From an uncultured Clostridia bacterium (GTDB taxonomy: Bacteria > Bacillota > Clostridia > TANB77 > CAG-508): a DNA stretch of 64,000 nt. Positions within the stretch are counted from its first letter, which is position 1. Every line of letters begins with the position of its first letter. The notes beneath the pieces are model-generated. The model was not told where the DNA came from, searched no databases, and saw nothing but the letters and a program-made list of their open reading frames with translations. A program made the translations under genes and the position numbers. The stretch is taken from assembly GCA_934129895.1 (NCBI GenBank), contig CAKOWY010000007.1, forward strand, positions 20,107 through 84,106. Reading direction: 5' to 3'. Positions 30,490-41,238 of the stretch are shown piece after piece.

Positions 30490-31278
30490 TTATTTCAAAT
30501 AAATACTTGGATTTAAATATTTACCATCCTGTAAAATTTCAAAATGTAAATGGCTATCTAAATTGCTTTCAAATGCTGCTGTATTTCCAGCTGTTCCTAT
30601 TGTTTGGCCTTGTTTAACTTCTTCTCCTTCAACAACAAACTCTGCAGTCAAAAGATTTGAATAAACTGTCTCATAGCCATCATCATGAGTCATTACAATT
30701 GTTAATCCATATCTCGGATCATTTAAAATTGATGTTATAATTCCATCGGCTGAAGCTTTTATTATACTTGTTTTATCAGCCTTTATGTCAATTCCTGTAT
30801 GTGTAATCCATTCTTTTAATGTTTCTGAATAAATTAAATTTTCTTGTGCAAATTCTGTTATTATTTCTCCATCTGTTGGTTTTATGAAAGATATTGGTTC
30901 TTTTTCTTCTTTAACTTCTGGTTGTTTTTCAGTTTCTTCTGGTTCAGTTATTTTACTATCTTTTTCATCTTTCTTCTCTGTTGAATTTGGCTTTTCAACA
31001 ATTATATTTGTTTCTTCTGGCTGAACTACTTCTTGCTCTTCTGGTTTATTTTCCTGTTCTTCTATAGTTTTTCCTATACCAGAACTTACATCTTCTATTT
31101 CTTGTGATTTTAAATTGTTTTCATCTGAACCTTTTTCTGTATTTTCACTAATCTCTTGATTTGTCCCTGTTTTCATATACATTGATATCCCAACAGATAT
31201 AGCTATAATTAAAAATACTGCCGTTACAACATATATAATTATATTTTCATTATTTTTAAAAAAACTTTTTTTCTTCAT
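30490..31278 (-). CDS. spoIIQ: M23/LytM-domain protein, SpoIIQ-like by position
   Basis: N-terminal transmembrane helix, an acidic linker, and a C-terminal LytM domain ending HLHFEI. Sits directly downstream of spoIID, as in C. difficile. Confidence 0.55.
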   Translation of the reverse strand: MKKKSFFKNNENIIIYVVTAVFLIIAISVGISMYMKTGTNQEISENTEKGSDENNLKSQEIEDVSSGIGKTIEEQENKPEEQEVVQPEETNIIVEKPNSTEKKDEKDSKITEPEETEKQPEVKEEKEPISFIKPTDGEIITEFAQENLIYSETLKEWITHTGIDIKADKTSIIKASADGIITSILNDPRYGLTIVMTHDDGYETVYSNLLTAEFVVEGEEVKQGQTIGTAGNTAAFESNLDSHLHFEILQDGKYLNPSIYLK

Positions 31279-31352
31279 AAATTTCCTCCTTAATACTTTG
31301 CTATTACAAGTATTTACTTTTTTTCAAAGATTATTCAATTTAAGGAAATTTA

Positions 31353-32369
31353 TTATTTTATTTCCACTCCTGTATAAAAATGCTTAATTATTTCTTCATA
31401 ACTTGCACCACTTTTTGCCATACTATCAGCACCAGTTTGGCTCATTCCAACTCCATGTCCATATCCTATTACACTAAATTTTATACTATCTGCTTCTATT
31501 GTTATTGTAAAATTAGTTGATTTTAATCCTAATATACTTCTTGCTTCTGTTCCAGCAATTTCTTTATTTCCAATTTTTATCGTTTTTACTCTATTACTTG
31601 ATGTGAATTCTAAAATTTTAATACTATTTTCTGCATTAAAATCTATTTCAAAATCAGAATATTTTTCTCTCATTTTCTTTATTAATTCTTCTTTTGATAA
31701 TACTACTTCTGAACTATATTGATTATATCCATCTTCTCCTACTGTTTCTACAGATTTTAAATATGGATAATCTATTTCTCCCCAAATATTTAGTGATGTT
31801 TCTGTTATTCCTCCACTATTAGAATGGAAAAATGCATTTATTGGCTTACCATCATAAACAATTATTTTACCAGTTGTTTCATTTACACATTTCACAATCT
31901 TTTCCCAATTGCTTTCAGCTTCATTTGCATTCCATCTTGCCATTCTGTCTTCTTTACTAATCCACGCTTGGCAACAAGTATAATCATCACAAACATCTGC
32001 ATTTTCATGTTTGTTGGAATTATTCATTGCTTGATATATTGTATAAGTTCTTGCTACTATTGCTTGAGCTTTTAATGCTTCTATTTCATAATTAGCAGGC
32101 ATTTCGGCTGAAACAACACCATATAAATATTCATCCATATCCATTTCTACTATTTCACCTGTTTTTACATGCAATAGCTTTATTTTTTGATATTTCAAAT
32201 ATTCTTCACTCATTTCTTCTATACTAGTATTATTATCTTTTTCATCATAAGATTTAATTTGAGAATTTACATCTATTTCATTTTTGTTTTTTAATACTAT
32301 AGTACACATAGCAGGAATTATAAAAAAAATTAATGTAAAACTACATAAAAATATCAAAAAATTTTTCAT
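31353..32369 (-). CDS. spoIID: stage II sporulation protein D (SpoIID/LytB amidase enhancer family)
   Basis: N-terminal transmembrane helix, conserved YHSNSGG and GYGHGVGMSQ motifs. Confidence 0.85.
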   Translation of the reverse strand: MKNFLIFLCSFTLIFFIIPAMCTIVLKNKNEIDVNSQIKSYDEKDNNTSIEEMSEEYLKYQKIKLLHVKTGEIVEMDMDEYLYGVVSAEMPANYEIEALKAQAIVARTYTIYQAMNNSNKHENADVCDDYTCCQAWISKEDRMARWNANEAESNWEKIVKCVNETTGKIIVYDGKPINAFFHSNSGGITETSLNIWGEIDYPYLKSVETVGEDGYNQYSSEVVLSKEELIKKMREKYSDFEIDFNAENSIKILEFTSSNRVKTIKIGNKEIAGTEARSILGLKSTNFTITIEADSIKFSVIGYGHGVGMSQTGADSMAKSGASYEEIIKHFYTGVEIK

Positions 32370-32386
32370 ACTTAATTTTATCCTTT

Positions 32387-33115
32387 TTAAATTGAAAGCT
32401 TTCTTTTCATATTATCTAAAACTTTTCTTTCTATTCTAGAAACTTGTACTTGTGTTATCCCAAGCATTCTAGAAACTTGCATTTGAGTCTTACCTCTATA
32501 ATATCTAAGCAATATTATTTCTTTTTCTTTACTGTCTAACTCACTTATTAATTTTTTTATTACAATTTTATTTGTAATTTCTGTCTCTTCATCTCTTCCT
32601 GTTGATAATTTTTCTATTATACTTACAGTTTTATCTGTTTTATTATCTCTATACTGACTATCTTCTATCGAATTAACTGGTCTTAAAGAATCCATAGACA
32701 TCGTAATTTCTTCTTTAGTAGTTTTTAATTCTTTAGCTAATTCATCTAAAGTTATTTCTTTTCCATATTTATTCATATATTCCTTTTGTAATTCTATTAT
32801 TTTTATATTTAACTCTTTAATACTTCTACTTATTTTTATTGGTCCATCATCTCTTATAAATCTTTTTATTTCTCCTAAAATATATGGTACTGCATAAGTT
32901 GAAAGCTTGACTTCAAAGCTTGTATCAAATCTTTGTATTGCCTTTATTAGTCCAATACATCCTATTTGATATAAATCTTCTACATCATATCCTCTACCAC
33001 TAAACCTACGAACAATACTCCAAATTAATCTACTATTATTTTCAACCAATTGTGTCATAGATTCTTTATTTCCAGTCTGAGCTAATTCGATATTTTTCAT
33101 ATCATTATCATACAC
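32387..33115 (-). CDS. sigF: RNA polymerase sporulation sigma factor sigma-F
   Basis: Sigma-70 regions 2-4 (DLYQIGCIGLIKA, TQVQVSRIE). Last gene of the spoIIA operon. Confidence 0.9.
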   Translation of the reverse strand: MYDNDMKNIELAQTGNKESMTQLVENNSRLIWSIVRRFSGRGYDVEDLYQIGCIGLIKAIQRFDTSFEVKLSTYAVPYILGEIKRFIRDDGPIKISRSIKELNIKIIELQKEYMNKYGKEITLDELAKELKTTKEEITMSMDSLRPVNSIEDSQYRDNKTDKTVSIIEKLSTGRDEETEITNKIVIKKLISELDSKEKEIILLRYYRGKTQMQVSRMLGITQVQVSRIERKVLDNMKRKLSI

Positions 33116-33128
33116 TCTTCTTCTCTCC

Positions 33129-33605
33129 TTACACTCCTGGACTAATTAAATCTTCTTCACATTTTTCTTTTATATTATTTTTTATTTTTTTTCGCATAGT
33201 TACTTTTGTCCCAATTCCTAATATTGATTCAACATCTACTTCATCCATAAAGCTTTCCATAATTGTGAATCCCATACCAGATCTTTCTAAATTAGATTTT
33301 GTCGTATATAGTGGTTGTTTTGCCATTTCAATGTTTTCAATTCCTTTTCCACTATCTGATATTTCAATAAATACCTCATCTTCTGATATTTTACATACAA
33401 CTTTTACTAATCCAATTTTATCTTCATATCCATGTATTATTGAATTTGTTACAGCTTCTGATACCGCAGTTTTTATATCTGATATTTCTTCTAATGTTGG
33501 ATCTAATTGTGCTACAAATGCTGCAACAGATATTCTAGCAAATGCTTCATTATTTGATTTACTTAAAAATTCTATTTTCATTTCATTTTTGTATTCATTA
33601 GTCAT
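33129..33605 (-). CDS. spoIIAB: anti-sigma F factor (serine kinase)
   Basis: HATPase_c motifs [10 protein letters not shown] and DSGKGI. Overlaps spoIIAA by 4 nt. Confidence 0.9.
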   Translation of the reverse strand: MTNEYKNEMKIEFLSKSNNEAFARISVAAFVAQLDPTLEEISDIKTAVSEAVTNSIIHGYEDKIGLVKVVCKISEDEVFIEISDSGKGIENIEMAKQPLYTTKSNLERSGMGFTIMESFMDEVDVESILGIGTKVTMRKKIKNNIKEKCEEDLISPGV

Positions 33606-33931
33606 ATTTGAACCTCCCTTTTTTTATTACAATCTATTGGTATTAATTTTAATATTCCACTCATTTCAAATATTTTCTGGATTTGCAAATTTACATTTGC
33701 TATTTTTAATTCTCCACCTAACATATTTATCAATTTATATCTACCTATTATAAGCCCAATTCCTGCACTATCCATAAAAGAAACATTACTAAAATCAAAT
33801 AATACTTCCTTTGGCATATATCTCTCAATTTCATTGTCAATCCTCCTTCTTATCTTTTGTGCATAATATTCATCTATATCCTCTTCTAACACAAAAATTA
33901 ATCTCTTATCTTTTTTTATGAATGTACTTTG
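33602..33931 (-). CDS. spoIIAA: anti-sigma F factor antagonist (STAS domain)
   Basis: The phosphorylatable-Ser motif DSAGIG. Start chosen at MQSTF, which has AAGGAGG upstream. Confidence 0.8.
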   Translation of the reverse strand, partial: QSTFIKKDKRLIFVLEEDIDEYYAQKIRRRIDNEIERYMPKEVLFDFSNVSFMDSAGIGLIIGRYKLINMLGGELKIANVNLQIQKIFEMSGILKLIPIDCNKKREVQI

Positions 33932-34108
33932 CATTTTTTCCTCCTTTGTTTTATTTAATGTTATTATATATTCTTTTCCATTTTTTTCCAAGAGTGAATA
34001 TTAAGAAGTTTTGTCGAATATAAAAATATTATCAATTTTTGTAAAAAAAATAAAAGTAACATTAAAGCATCTTTGTATTATCTGCTTCAATATTACCTTT
34101 ATATTTTT

Positions 34109-35482
34109 TTACTTACATTTTTTTTCAATTAATTGAGCTATTGTCCTTGCTCTATCTTCTATAATTTTAGAATCTTTTCCTTCAATCATGACTCTTACAA
34201 GAGGCTCAGTTCCAGATGGACGAATTAATACTCTTCCATTTCCTGCAAATTCTTCTTCAACCTTTTGTATAGCTAATTTTATTTCTTTATCTTTTTCATA
34301 ATCATACTTTTTATCAGAATCTACTTTAGCATTTATTAAAACTTGTGGATATTTTTGTACTAATTCACCTAGCTCTGATGCTTTCTTTTTACTTTCTAAT
34401 AAAGCTTGAATCAACATTAAAGATGTTAATATTCCATCACCAGTTGGGTTATAATCTAATAATATAACATGACCTGATTGTTCTCCACCTAGATTATATC
34501 CATTTTTTAGCATTTCTTCTAATACATATCTATCTCCAACTTTTGTCTGAACAAAGTTTAATTTATTTGCTTCAGCATATTTATTTAGCCCCAAATTACT
34601 CATTACTGTTGCAACTATAGTGTCTTTTGCTAACTTTCCTTGTGGTTTTAAATAATTTGCTATTATAGCTAAAATTTTATCACCATCTAGTTCTTCACCA
34701 TTTTCGTCAACAGCTAAACATCTATCTCCATCACCATCATAAGCAATTCCTAAACTCATTTTATTTTTTACTACGTATTCTTTTAACATTTCTAAATGTG
34801 TTGAACCACATTTGTCATTAATATTAATTCCGTCTGGATGATTATTTATAATAACATGATTTATTCCAAGTATTTTAAATACCTTATCTGCAACTTGATA
34901 TGTTGCTCCATTAGCAGTATCTATAACAACTTTAAAATCTGGTCTATTATATTTTTCTATATTATCATCAAAATGTTTTCTAAAGAAATATACATATTCA
35001 TCTAATAAATCTGTTCTAACCTCTGAAATTCCTATTTTATCTTTTACAGCTGTTAATTCATCAAGTTTTCCAGATTCCATTACTTCTTCTATTTCTTCTT
35101 CTAACTCATCAGGAATTTTCATTCCCTTATTACTAAAATATTTAATTCCATTAAATTCAAATGTATTATGTGATGCTGAAATTACAACACTTGCATCTGC
35201 TTTCAATTTTCTTGTTAAATATGCAACTGCTGGTGTTGGCATTACTCCTAATAATTTTACATTTGCTCCATAACTTAAAAATCCTGCAACCATAGCACTT
35301 TCTATTAAAGTACCAGATAATCTTGTATCTCTTCCTATTAATATTGTAGGTGCTTTATCTGTATGTTTAGATAAAACATAAGCTCCTGCTTTTGCTACTT
35401 TATAAACTAATTCAGGTGAAAGTTCTGTATTTGCTATTCTACGAATTCCATCTGTTCCAAAATATTTTCTCATCTTTATCAC
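34109..35482 (-). CDS. glmM: phosphoglucosamine mutase
   Basis: YFGTDGIRR N-terminus, the phospho-Ser loop SASHNT, and full-length similarity. Confidence 0.9.
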   Translation of the reverse strand: MIKMRKYFGTDGIRRIANTELSPELVYKVAKAGAYVLSKHTDKAPTILIGRDTRLSGTLIESAMVAGFLSYGANVKLLGVMPTPAVAYLTRKLKADASVVISASHNTFEFNGIKYFSNKGMKIPDELEEEIEEVMESGKLDELTAVKDKIGISEVRTDLLDEYVYFFRKHFDDNIEKYNRPDFKVVIDTANGATYQVADKVFKILGINHVIINNHPDGININDKCGSTHLEMLKEYVVKNKMSLGIAYDGDGDRCLAVDENGEELDGDKILAIIANYLKPQGKLAKDTIVATVMSNLGLNKYAEANKLNFVQTKVGDRYVLEEMLKNGYNLGGEQSGHVILLDYNPTGDGILTSLMLIQALLESKKKASELGELVQKYPQVLINAKVDSDKKYDYEKDKEIKLAIQKVEEEFAGNGRVLIRPSGTEPLVRVMIEGKDSKIIEDRARTIAQLIEKKCK

Positions 35483-35485
35483 TCC

Positions 35486-36190
35486 TTACGAATTCAATTT
35501 GTTTATCAAATTATAATATTGAACAATAACATTATTGTTTGTAAAAACAATTTTATCACCTTTTATTGACCAATATTTTGAATTTTCTTCTAAATATTGT
35601 TTAATATTTGAAACAACTGTAAGTTTATCATACAACTTATCTTTACTATTTTCTATTTCTGTTTCTATATTATTTAGTTGCTTTTTCATACTATCTGAAA
35701 GCATAACACTTTTATATAAATCAATATAATATTCACTTTTTGAAGTAAATTTTACCTCATTAATTGCATTCATAATAGATTTTTCTTCTATCATTTTTTT
35801 ACATTTGTCTATATATTCCTTACTTTTGTTTCTATCTTCACTCACTAATTCATCAATTTCTTCTAAATTGTGATCTTTAAGATTATCAGCTGTAAAAATT
35901 TTTTCTGCATCTATATTATCATTTAAATTCTGCATTTCTACATATATATTTTTAACATTTGATAAATATTCTTTTATTGTTTTTTCTACTTTAGCATAAT
36001 TTTTACTTGTTTTTATATCTGCATTAATTTCATCTCTTATTAAATCCTGTTTCAATAAATTATTAGACTCCTCTGTTAATATATTTAGTTGTTTTTGATT
36101 CCCTACATTTAAACAAATTATAGCACCTATGAATACTATTATAAATATTATTAATATTATCATTATAATAATTGTTTTTTTATTTTCCAT
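35486..36190 (-). CDS. hypothetical membrane-anchored coiled-coil protein
   Basis: N-terminal transmembrane helix followed by a charged, repetitive sequence. Confidence 0.4.
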   Translation of the reverse strand: MENKKTIIIMIILIIFIIVFIGAIICLNVGNQKQLNILTEESNNLLKQDLIRDEINADIKTSKNYAKVEKTIKEYLSNVKNIYVEMQNLNDNIDAEKIFTADNLKDHNLEEIDELVSEDRNKSKEYIDKCKKMIEEKSIMNAINEVKFTSKSEYYIDLYKSVMLSDSMKKQLNNIETEIENSKDKLYDKLTVVSNIKQYLEENSKYWSIKGDKIVFTNNNVIVQYYNLINKLNS

Positions 36191-36238
36191 TATTTTTTCC
36201 TTTCACCAAAAAATATTTATCCCCTTGTATATTTTTTA

Positions 36239-37621
36239 CTAAAATTCAACTTTTTCACTTATCCAATTTTCTAATTCATTTATATTTACTCTTACTTGTT
36301 CCATTGTATCTCTATCTCTAATTGTTACTGAATTATCATTTAATGTGTCAAAGTCAACTGTTACACAATATGGTGTTCCTATTTCATCTTCTCTTCTATA
36401 TCTTTTTCCAATTGAACCAGCTTCATCATATTCACACATAAATTTCTTTGATAATTGTTCATAAACTTCTTGTGCTTTATCTGACAATTTCTTTGATAGT
36501 GGTAATACTGCTACTTTATATGGTGCTAATGCTGGATGTAAATGTAATACTACTCTTGTATCACCTTCTGCAATCTCTTCTTCATCATAGGCATTACATA
36601 AAAATGCTAATGCAACTCTGTCTGCTCCAAGTGATGGTTCTATACAATATGGTATGTATTTTTCATTTGTTTCTGGATCTAAATATGTAAAATCTTGATT
36701 TGATTGTCTTGCATGATTTGATAAATCATAATCTGTTCTATCAGCAATTCCCCATAATTCTCCCCATCCAAATGGAAATGCATATTCTATATCTGTTGTT
36801 GCTTTACTATAAAATACTAATTCTTCTGGACTATGATCTCTTAAACGTATATTTTCTTCTTTCATTCCTAATGATATTAACCATTTTTCACAGAATTTTT
36901 TCCAATATTCATGCCACTCTAAATCTGTTCCTGGTTTACAGAAAAATTCAAGTTCCATTTGCTCAAATTCTCTTGTTCTAAATGTAAAGTTTCCTGGTGT
37001 TATTTCATTTCTGAAAGCCTTACCTATTTGTGCAATTCCCATTGGTAATTTTCTTCTTGTTGTTCTCATTACATTTTTGAAGTTTACAAATATTCCTTGT
37101 GCTGTTTCTGGTCTTAAATAGATTTCTGCTTTTGCATCTTCTGTTACACCTTGAAATGTTTTGAACATTAAATTAAATTTACGAATTGATGTAAAATTGT
37201 GTTTTCCACAATTTGGACAACAGATATTATTATCATCTAAAAATTTTATCATTTCTTCATCTGTCATTCCATCTGCAATCATGTCTTTTCCTTGTTCGTG
37301 TGCCCATTCTTCTATTAATTTATCTGCTCTATGTCTTGTTTTACATTCTTTACAATCTATAAGTGGATCTGAAAATCCTCCAACATGTCCTGATGCAACC
37401 CAAGTTTGTGGATTCATTAATATTGCTGCATCTAATCCAACATTATATTTGCTTTCTTGAATAAATTTTTTTCTCCATAATGCTTTTACATTATTTTTTA
37501 ATTCTACCCCTAGAGGTCCATAATCCCATGTATTTGATAATCCTCCATAAATTTCTGATCCAGGATATATATATCCTCTTGCCTTACACAAATTTACTAT
37601 TGTGTCCATTGATTTTACCAT
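36239..37621 (-). CDS. glyQS: glycine--tRNA ligase (alpha2 type)
   Basis: Class II aaRS motifs, 460 aa, and a T-box leader upstream. Confidence 0.9.
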   Translation of the reverse strand: MVKSMDTIVNLCKARGYIYPGSEIYGGLSNTWDYGPLGVELKNNVKALWRKKFIQESKYNVGLDAAILMNPQTWVASGHVGGFSDPLIDCKECKTRHRADKLIEEWAHEQGKDMIADGMTDEEMIKFLDDNNICCPNCGKHNFTSIRKFNLMFKTFQGVTEDAKAEIYLRPETAQGIFVNFKNVMRTTRRKLPMGIAQIGKAFRNEITPGNFTFRTREFEQMELEFFCKPGTDLEWHEYWKKFCEKWLISLGMKEENIRLRDHSPEELVFYSKATTDIEYAFPFGWGELWGIADRTDYDLSNHARQSNQDFTYLDPETNEKYIPYCIEPSLGADRVALAFLCNAYDEEEIAEGDTRVVLHLHPALAPYKVAVLPLSKKLSDKAQEVYEQLSKKFMCEYDEAGSIGKRYRREDEIGTPYCVTVDFDTLNDNSVTIRDRDTMEQVRVNINELENWISEKVEF

Positions 37622-37624
37622 TTT

Positions 37625-37880
37625 TTATTCCTCCTTATTTTTTGCTAGTTACTGAATTATAAAATAAAAACTTTCATTCCTAGCAATACTAAAAATATTG
37701 CTAGGGACGAAAGTTTAATTTCCGCGATTCCACCCTAATTCTAAAAAACTATATTAAAGCTTTTTAGCACCTTAATTTATATTACTCCAAAGCTCCCCTC
37801 ATGATTTCTATTACTAATTTTCCACCATATATTAGCTCTCTATAAATATCTATCATAATTTTTCTTTTTCATTGTAATCT
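37625..37880 (-). promoter_or_regulatory. T-box riboswitch leader of glyQS
   Basis: On the minus strand, AATTAGGGTGGAATCGCGG (plus 37721-37740) is the T-box consensus. It is followed by a terminator hairpin AAACTTTCGTCCCTAGCAATA / TATTGCTAGGAATGAAAGTTT plus a T-tract (plus 37667-37714). Confidence 0.8.
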
Positions 37881-37907
37881 TATTAAATTGTTTATATTAT
37901 ATGATTT

Positions 37908-38651
37908 TTATTTTTTCTTGTCAATAGTTTTTTCTACAACTGCATTACTTTCTTGTAATATTTCTTCTTTTTCATCTTCATTTATAAAATTATATTTTAC
38001 CATTTTATCTAATACTTGAATTTGCCTTTGTTTAGCTAATTTCAAATGCTTTGTTGGGCAATATGCTGATGGTGCATTAGGAATTCCAGCAAGCATACTA
38101 GCTTCATTTCTATTCATATCGATTGTTTTTTTATCATAATATCCTTCTGAAGCATCTGCTACACAATAATATCCATCTCCAAAATAACTTGTATTTAAAT
38201 ATAATTCTAATATTGTATTTTTATCACATTCTTTTTCTATTTCAAAAGCCATAAAAAATTCTGCAATCTTTCTTAATGCTGATTTTTCTTGAGTAAAATA
38301 AATATTTTTAGCTAATTGTTGTGTAATTGTACTTCCTCCTTCTTTCAGTTCCATAGCTTTTACATTAACCCAACAAGCTCTTGCAAGAGATACTATATCT
38401 ACTGCACCATGATTATAAAATCTTCTATCTTCAACAGCAATTACTGCATTTAAATAAAATTCCGGCATTTCATCTAGTTTCGTATAATTTTCCTTTTCTT
38501 GTATTTCCTTTACTTTGTCTGATATACTAATTTGATTTAAAGCATTTTTATAAACATTATATCCTTTATATATCAAAGTTGCTGCTGCAAATATTAGTGT
38601 TAAAATTATAATTACTATTATTACTTTTATTATTTTCAATATTTTCTTCAT
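37908..38651 (-). CDS. mtgA: monofunctional biosynthetic peptidoglycan transglycosylase (GT51)
   Basis: EDRRFYNHGAVD and GGSTITQQLAKN GT51 motifs, with an N-terminal transmembrane anchor. Confidence 0.8.
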   Translation of the reverse strand: MKKILKIIKVIIVIIILTLIFAAATLIYKGYNVYKNALNQISISDKVKEIQEKENYTKLDEMPEFYLNAVIAVEDRRFYNHGAVDIVSLARACWVNVKAMELKEGGSTITQQLAKNIYFTQEKSALRKIAEFFMAFEIEKECDKNTILELYLNTSYFGDGYYCVADASEGYYDKKTIDMNRNEASMLAGIPNAPSAYCPTKHLKLAKQRQIQVLDKMVKYNFINEDEKEEILQESNAVVEKTIDKKK

Positions 38652-38841
38652 TTCATCACCTTTATATATATTGTACTACATTTTTTGTGACAAATAAATG
38701 ACAATTTATTAATTTTTTCTTATATTTTTTAATTTTATTATAAAATAAAGAACTGATAATGTTTTTGGCATCATCAGTCCTCTTGTACGCTCAACCTAAT
38801 TTGGTCAAGCGGGTGTGTGTATCTTTGACCAAGCTAACAGT

Positions 38842-39657
38842 TTAGCCAAACTTATAGTAGAAAATGTGTTGCCCGATTTTGACCTTGCATTTGATGTTAT
38901 CTCTTGCAACTTTTTCGGACTGACTCGAAATTGCGTCTGGATTATAGAAACCAAGAGCCCCTGTTCCAGCATATTCATCCGCATTCAATCCCAATCGTGC
39001 CGCTTCTTGCCTCAGAAGTTCTTCGGTTGGATCATCTCCTGCCAATGCCTGCATAGCTGCTTGAACACAGCTTTCCGGAACATTTGTTACAACCTTTCCC
39101 CCAGCATAAATCTTGCCATTCTTCACTGGTGAAAATTGTTGTTTTTGGAAAATTACCCCTCTAACAGTATTTGGATAAATCGAAGAATTTATCCGATTCA
39201 AGACTGTAGCTGCAACTGCAACTTGTCCCTCGAATGGTTGATTTCCAGCTTCAGCAAAAACAATTTGCGCAAGCAAAATTTCATCTTCTGACAATGAATT
39301 TTCTTCTTCAATGTCATCTTCTGAAATCTCCTCATTTGGATTTTTCCCAACCAAAATTGTCAACATAATATTCTTGTGAGAATATAACTCATCCAATTTT
39401 GAAAATGAGTTCTTGGTTTCAACAACGTTCTTAGCGGATGAACCCTCGGTTACATTCTCCAAAATGTCACCTCCTGTAAATACAAGACAACCGCTAATAT
39501 CTGCTTCCGATGAACTTTCTTCCTGCGAATGATTCACAGGTTCAAATCCACCATTCGCAAAAATTGCAATTGTAATGGCAATACCAATTGCAATTCCTAC
39601 AGCAGAGTTCCAGTCAAATTTTTTCTTCATCCGTCTTTTCATTTTTTTATAACACAC
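38842..39657 (-). CDS. SleB/CwlJ-family cell-wall hydrolase paralog encoded in a GC-rich segment
   Basis: N-terminal transmembrane helix, an acidic linker, and the Hydrolase_2 motif LLAQIVFAEAGNQPFEGQVAVAATVLNRINS. The track start is a GTG, so the true start may be the ATG at 39642. Confidence 0.7.
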   Translation of the reverse strand: MCYKKMKRRMKKKFDWNSAVGIAIGIAITIAIFANGGFEPVNHSQEESSSEADISGCLVFTGGDILENVTEGSSAKNVVETKNSFSKLDELYSHKNIMLTILVGKNPNEEISEDDIEEENSLSEDEILLAQIVFAEAGNQPFEGQVAVAATVLNRINSSIYPNTVRGVIFQKQQFSPVKNGKIYAGGKVVTNVPESCVQAAMQALAGDDPTEELLRQEAARLGLNADEYAGTGALGFYNPDAISSQSEKVARDNIKCKVKIGQHIFYYKFG

Positions 39658-39760
39658 TCCTTTATTTTACGGATACTTTTATTTTACCATATTTTTACTT
39701 TTATTTCAAGTTTTTTTCTATTACAAAAAGAGATTCCTTTAATTGGAATCCCTTTTATAT

Positions 39761-40105
39761 TCACCAAATAAGTTTTGCGTGTTTTACAAATTTTAAAACA
39801 TCTTTCCAAATATTTTCACATTCTGTTTCAATTATACATGCCTTACAATAAATTTTAAATGCACTACTATATTTTCCATTTATATGATATAACCCTTTTT
39901 TCTTAGGTCTTATATCAATCTTATCTTTATCATTATAATAATGCCAAAATCCATTCCTATAAATAGTATAAATTCCTTCTCCCTTTACAACAGTTACACT
40001 AATCAATTGATTATCCTTAATTATAAATTCTGTATAACTATCCTTCTTAGAAATTTTGAAAATCCGTTCTTCATTTGTAATTGTCATTTTTATACCTCCA
40101 TTCAA
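39761..40105 (-). CDS. hypothetical protein
   Basis: 114-aa ORF followed by a hairpin plus T-tract terminator at about 39722-39752. No recognisable motif. Confidence 0.35.
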   Translation of the reverse strand: MNGGIKMTITNEERIFKISKKDSYTEFIIKDNQLISVTVVKGEGIYTIYRNGFWHYYNDKDKIDIRPKKKGLYHINGKYSSAFKIYCKACIIETECENIWKDVLKFVKHAKLIW

Positions 40106-40175
40106 TTAACAAAAAAAGGTTAAATATACAACATATCATTATATTATATTCAACCTTTTTATATTTATGCATATT

Positions 40176-41114
40176 TTATTTATTTCCATTTTGTAAATAT
40201 TCAACATACTCTTCCAAACACATATTAAGTTCATTCATCCTTTTAGCATTTTCTTCTCCAACATATCTCCAATGCCAAGATTCATAAGCTATTTTTGTTT
40301 TATCTTCTTTGTCTTCTGGATATCTTAAAACAAACCCATAATTTTCTGCATTTTTTAATAACCATTTGTATTCTGAAGTCTTCGCAAACGAATTATCTAC
40401 ATAATTAAAATCAACAGCTAGCCCTAAATTATGGTCACTTCCACCTGGTTTATTTATGTATTCTAATGTAAGCTTTTCTGCTTCATCTTGTGTTTTACCT
40501 TGCTTTAAATATTTTTGTATACTTGCATCAAATAACTCTTTTTGTCTTTTTACACTTCTATATGTTGACTGACACCATATATTAGTATTACCATCTTTTT
40601 TCATAGCATTTAGCATGTCTTTTAAGTAGCTAACAGCTCTTGCATCAAACTGTTTAGGATTAGATGAATTGTCTATATTTGCCAATTCAACATCAAAATC
40701 TTCTGGTAATAAATTATCGTAATTTGCAAGCCTTAATTTCCAGTCCGTAATTTCTACTTTATTACTTGGAGTATCTGTATTATTTTCTGGCGTTTTATTA
40801 TCAGTAGTTGTTGTTTCTGTTGTTTGAGTAATATTTGTATTATTATTTTGTGTATCTTTATTTTCATTTGCTGATGTTTTTATGTCCTTATTCTTCAAAT
40901 TACTTATAGCAAATATTATTAATAATGGTATTACAATTACTACAAATACTTTTTTCTTATTTAATTTGCCTTTTTTCATCCTTTTTGCTTTTCTTTTTTT
41001 GGGATTTCTTCCACCATTATTGTAACTTGGCTTGTAATAATTTATTTTATTACTACTATGTTTGGAACGATGATTTCTTTTCCTATAATTTACATTTCTA
41101 TATATATCTTCCAT
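40176..41114 (-). CDS. D-alanyl-D-alanine carboxypeptidase, VanY / peptidase M15B family
   Basis: SDHNLGLAVDF zinc-binding motif and ESWHWRYVG. Basic N-terminus and a transmembrane anchor. Confidence 0.75.
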   Translation of the reverse strand: MEDIYRNVNYRKRNHRSKHSSNKINYYKPSYNNGGRNPKKRKAKRMKKGKLNKKKVFVVIVIPLLIIFAISNLKNKDIKTSANENKDTQNNNTNITQTTETTTTDNKTPENNTDTPSNKVEITDWKLRLANYDNLLPEDFDVELANIDNSSNPKQFDARAVSYLKDMLNAMKKDGNTNIWCQSTYRSVKRQKELFDASIQKYLKQGKTQDEAEKLTLEYINKPGGSDHNLGLAVDFNYVDNSFAKTSEYKWLLKNAENYGFVLRYPEDKEDKTKIAYESWHWRYVGEENAKRMNELNMCLEEYVEYLQNGNK

Positions 41115-41189
41115 TATAGCTCCTATTAATTAATTTTACTTTACAACTTTTTATGTATATAAATCTTATCACAAATATATTTTTTTATC

Positions 41190-41228
41190 AATATCAAAAA
41201 TAGCCATATTTTTTAATATGGCTATTTC
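41190..41228 (-). terminator. rho-independent terminator of clpB
   Basis: Perfect 12-bp stem AAATAGCCATAT / ATATGGCTATTT with flanking T-tracts. Confidence 0.6.
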
Positions 41229-41238
41229 TCTTTAACAT

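Noticed and set aside
38801-38832. Inverted repeat TTGGTCAA-N16-TTGACCAA containing a (GT)4 run, downstream of the GC-rich sleB-like gene, considered as a terminator or regulatory site
   Set aside because: It is not followed by a U-tract on the relevant strand. It is kept only as a weak note because nothing corroborates it.
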